Assembly: GCA_001643675.2 (NCBI GenBank)
Contig: LSRY02000027.1
Coordinates: 620,001 to 684,000, forward strand
DNA: 64,000 nt
From: Monocercomonoides exilis PA203
Taxonomy: Eukaryota > Protista > Preaxostyla
Direction of reading: 5' to 3'
Shown: positions 63,101 to 64,000 of the stretch, in pieces
How the letters are laid out: every line of letters begins with the position of its first letter
Numbering within the stretch: position 1 is the stretch's first letter
The notes under the pieces: generated by a model
The model's input: the letters and a program-made list of their open reading frames with translations, nothing else
What the model was told of the DNA's origin: nothing
The model's database searches: none
Made by a program: the position numbers and the translations under genes

Positions 63101-64000
63101 TCTTCCTCATCCTCATCATCATCTTCTTCTTCTCCTTCTTCGTTTGAGCTTTCTGCTGAATCAGAATCGCTGTCAGAGTCGTATTCAATCATAATTTCAT
63201 CAACTTTGTTGCGGAATCTCTTCATCAGCTGAAGTTTTCTCTCCTTCCGAGTGCCATGTGCATCACAGCCACTTCTATTCTTCTCTTCCACAAGACAACT
63301 TTCTTTGCCTTCTGTATTACCTTCTTTGTCTTTTTCTTCTTCTTTTTCTTCTTCATCCAAATAGTCTGAGATATTGTCTGCAATGTCGCTGATGTCCTGT
63401 TCTTCCAGCACTTGTGCAAATATGCCCTCTTTCAACACTCGCTGCATCACCTCAAACAAACGGGAGAATCTCATTCTTTTCTGCTCTTCTTCGTCCAGCC
63501 CTTGCAGAAGAGCCAAAAGCAGATCAAGAGAATCTGAGTGTATTGGACAATATGAAATGATTTGGTTAATAATGAAAATAATTATAAAACAGTAGAAAAA
63601 GAAGTTATTAAATTCATTTAAAGTTAAACTTTTAAAAATGAAAGAAGGAAAAAATTGATATTTCTGTGAAATCTTCGTTTTTCAAATTTCATTGTTTTTT
63701 TCTTCTTCTTCTTCTTTTGTCTTTAACATCTTCCCCTTTCAACACACCTTGTTGATTAAATCCCAGAAAAGTATGGTCTATTTTCCCTATTTGCGAGAAA
63801 AGAGAAGATGGGGTGACAACAGCATTCCCCTTCTTCGTTCCAACTGACTCCCACACTTGGTGATACAGTGACCTCAGCTCCTTCGTCAGCTTCCCTTCCT
63901 CGTTCACGCGCGGTGTTGGAACAGCATCTGACGACGAATGCACCTCAGAAGCTGCTTCGCTTGCTTTTGATTTTGATGCTTTAGAAGCGTCTTCTTTCGC
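60158..64000 (-). CDS. Ubiquitin-specific protease (peptidase C19, USP16/45-like); 5' part including the Cys box lies beyond the window
   Basis: Motifs: FLGFNQQ|DSLDLL across intron 63747-63534; FRGELISMRVCSVC; FYNLSLPL; ICERC; PQVLVLHLKRF; IEFPLILNL; His box YSLFGVVCHSGSLNGGHYTSY. The last exon (60283-60158) is WLYASDS...EAYILFYE. Confidence 0.93.

Overview
This is eukaryotic, intron-containing, AT-rich protist DNA read with the standard genetic code. The gene families and low-complexity style resemble the oxymonad Monocercomonoides, but that is an inference and was not checked. I can support 11 protein-coding genes. Two are paralogous giant single-pass surface proteins built from ~350-aa Cys/GGxIY/FxxN modules of the chlamydial Pmp-like beta-helix type. 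The first (<1..7433, minus strand) is missing from the ORF track because it runs off the window edge, and it ends in a cytoplasmic kinase-C-lobe-like pseudokinase. The second (36202..53526, ~5775 aa) contains 4.35 near-identical 1050-bp tandem copies of one module, with three single-base homopolymer frameshifts. The other genes encode an MRG15/Eaf3 homologue, a hypothetical helical protein, an AAAP/SLC38-type amino-acid transporter with a ~500-aa insert, a ~4000-aa Ser-rich protein with an FKBP15-like WH1 N-terminus, a small membrane protein, a GNW-motif flagellar inner protein, a UBXN1-like coiled-coil protein, an ARL13-like GTPase and a partial USP16/45-like deubiquitinase. A 2-kb intergenic block (14.6-16.6 kb) holds three inverted-repeat pairs, two of them interleaved. 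I recognised no rRNA, tRNA, CRISPR array or transposase. The best candidate for an undescribed system is the modular, apparently recombining family of Pmp-like surface receptors with interchangeable cytoplasmic tails. Exon boundaries were derived by hand from GT-AG sites and reading-frame logic only.
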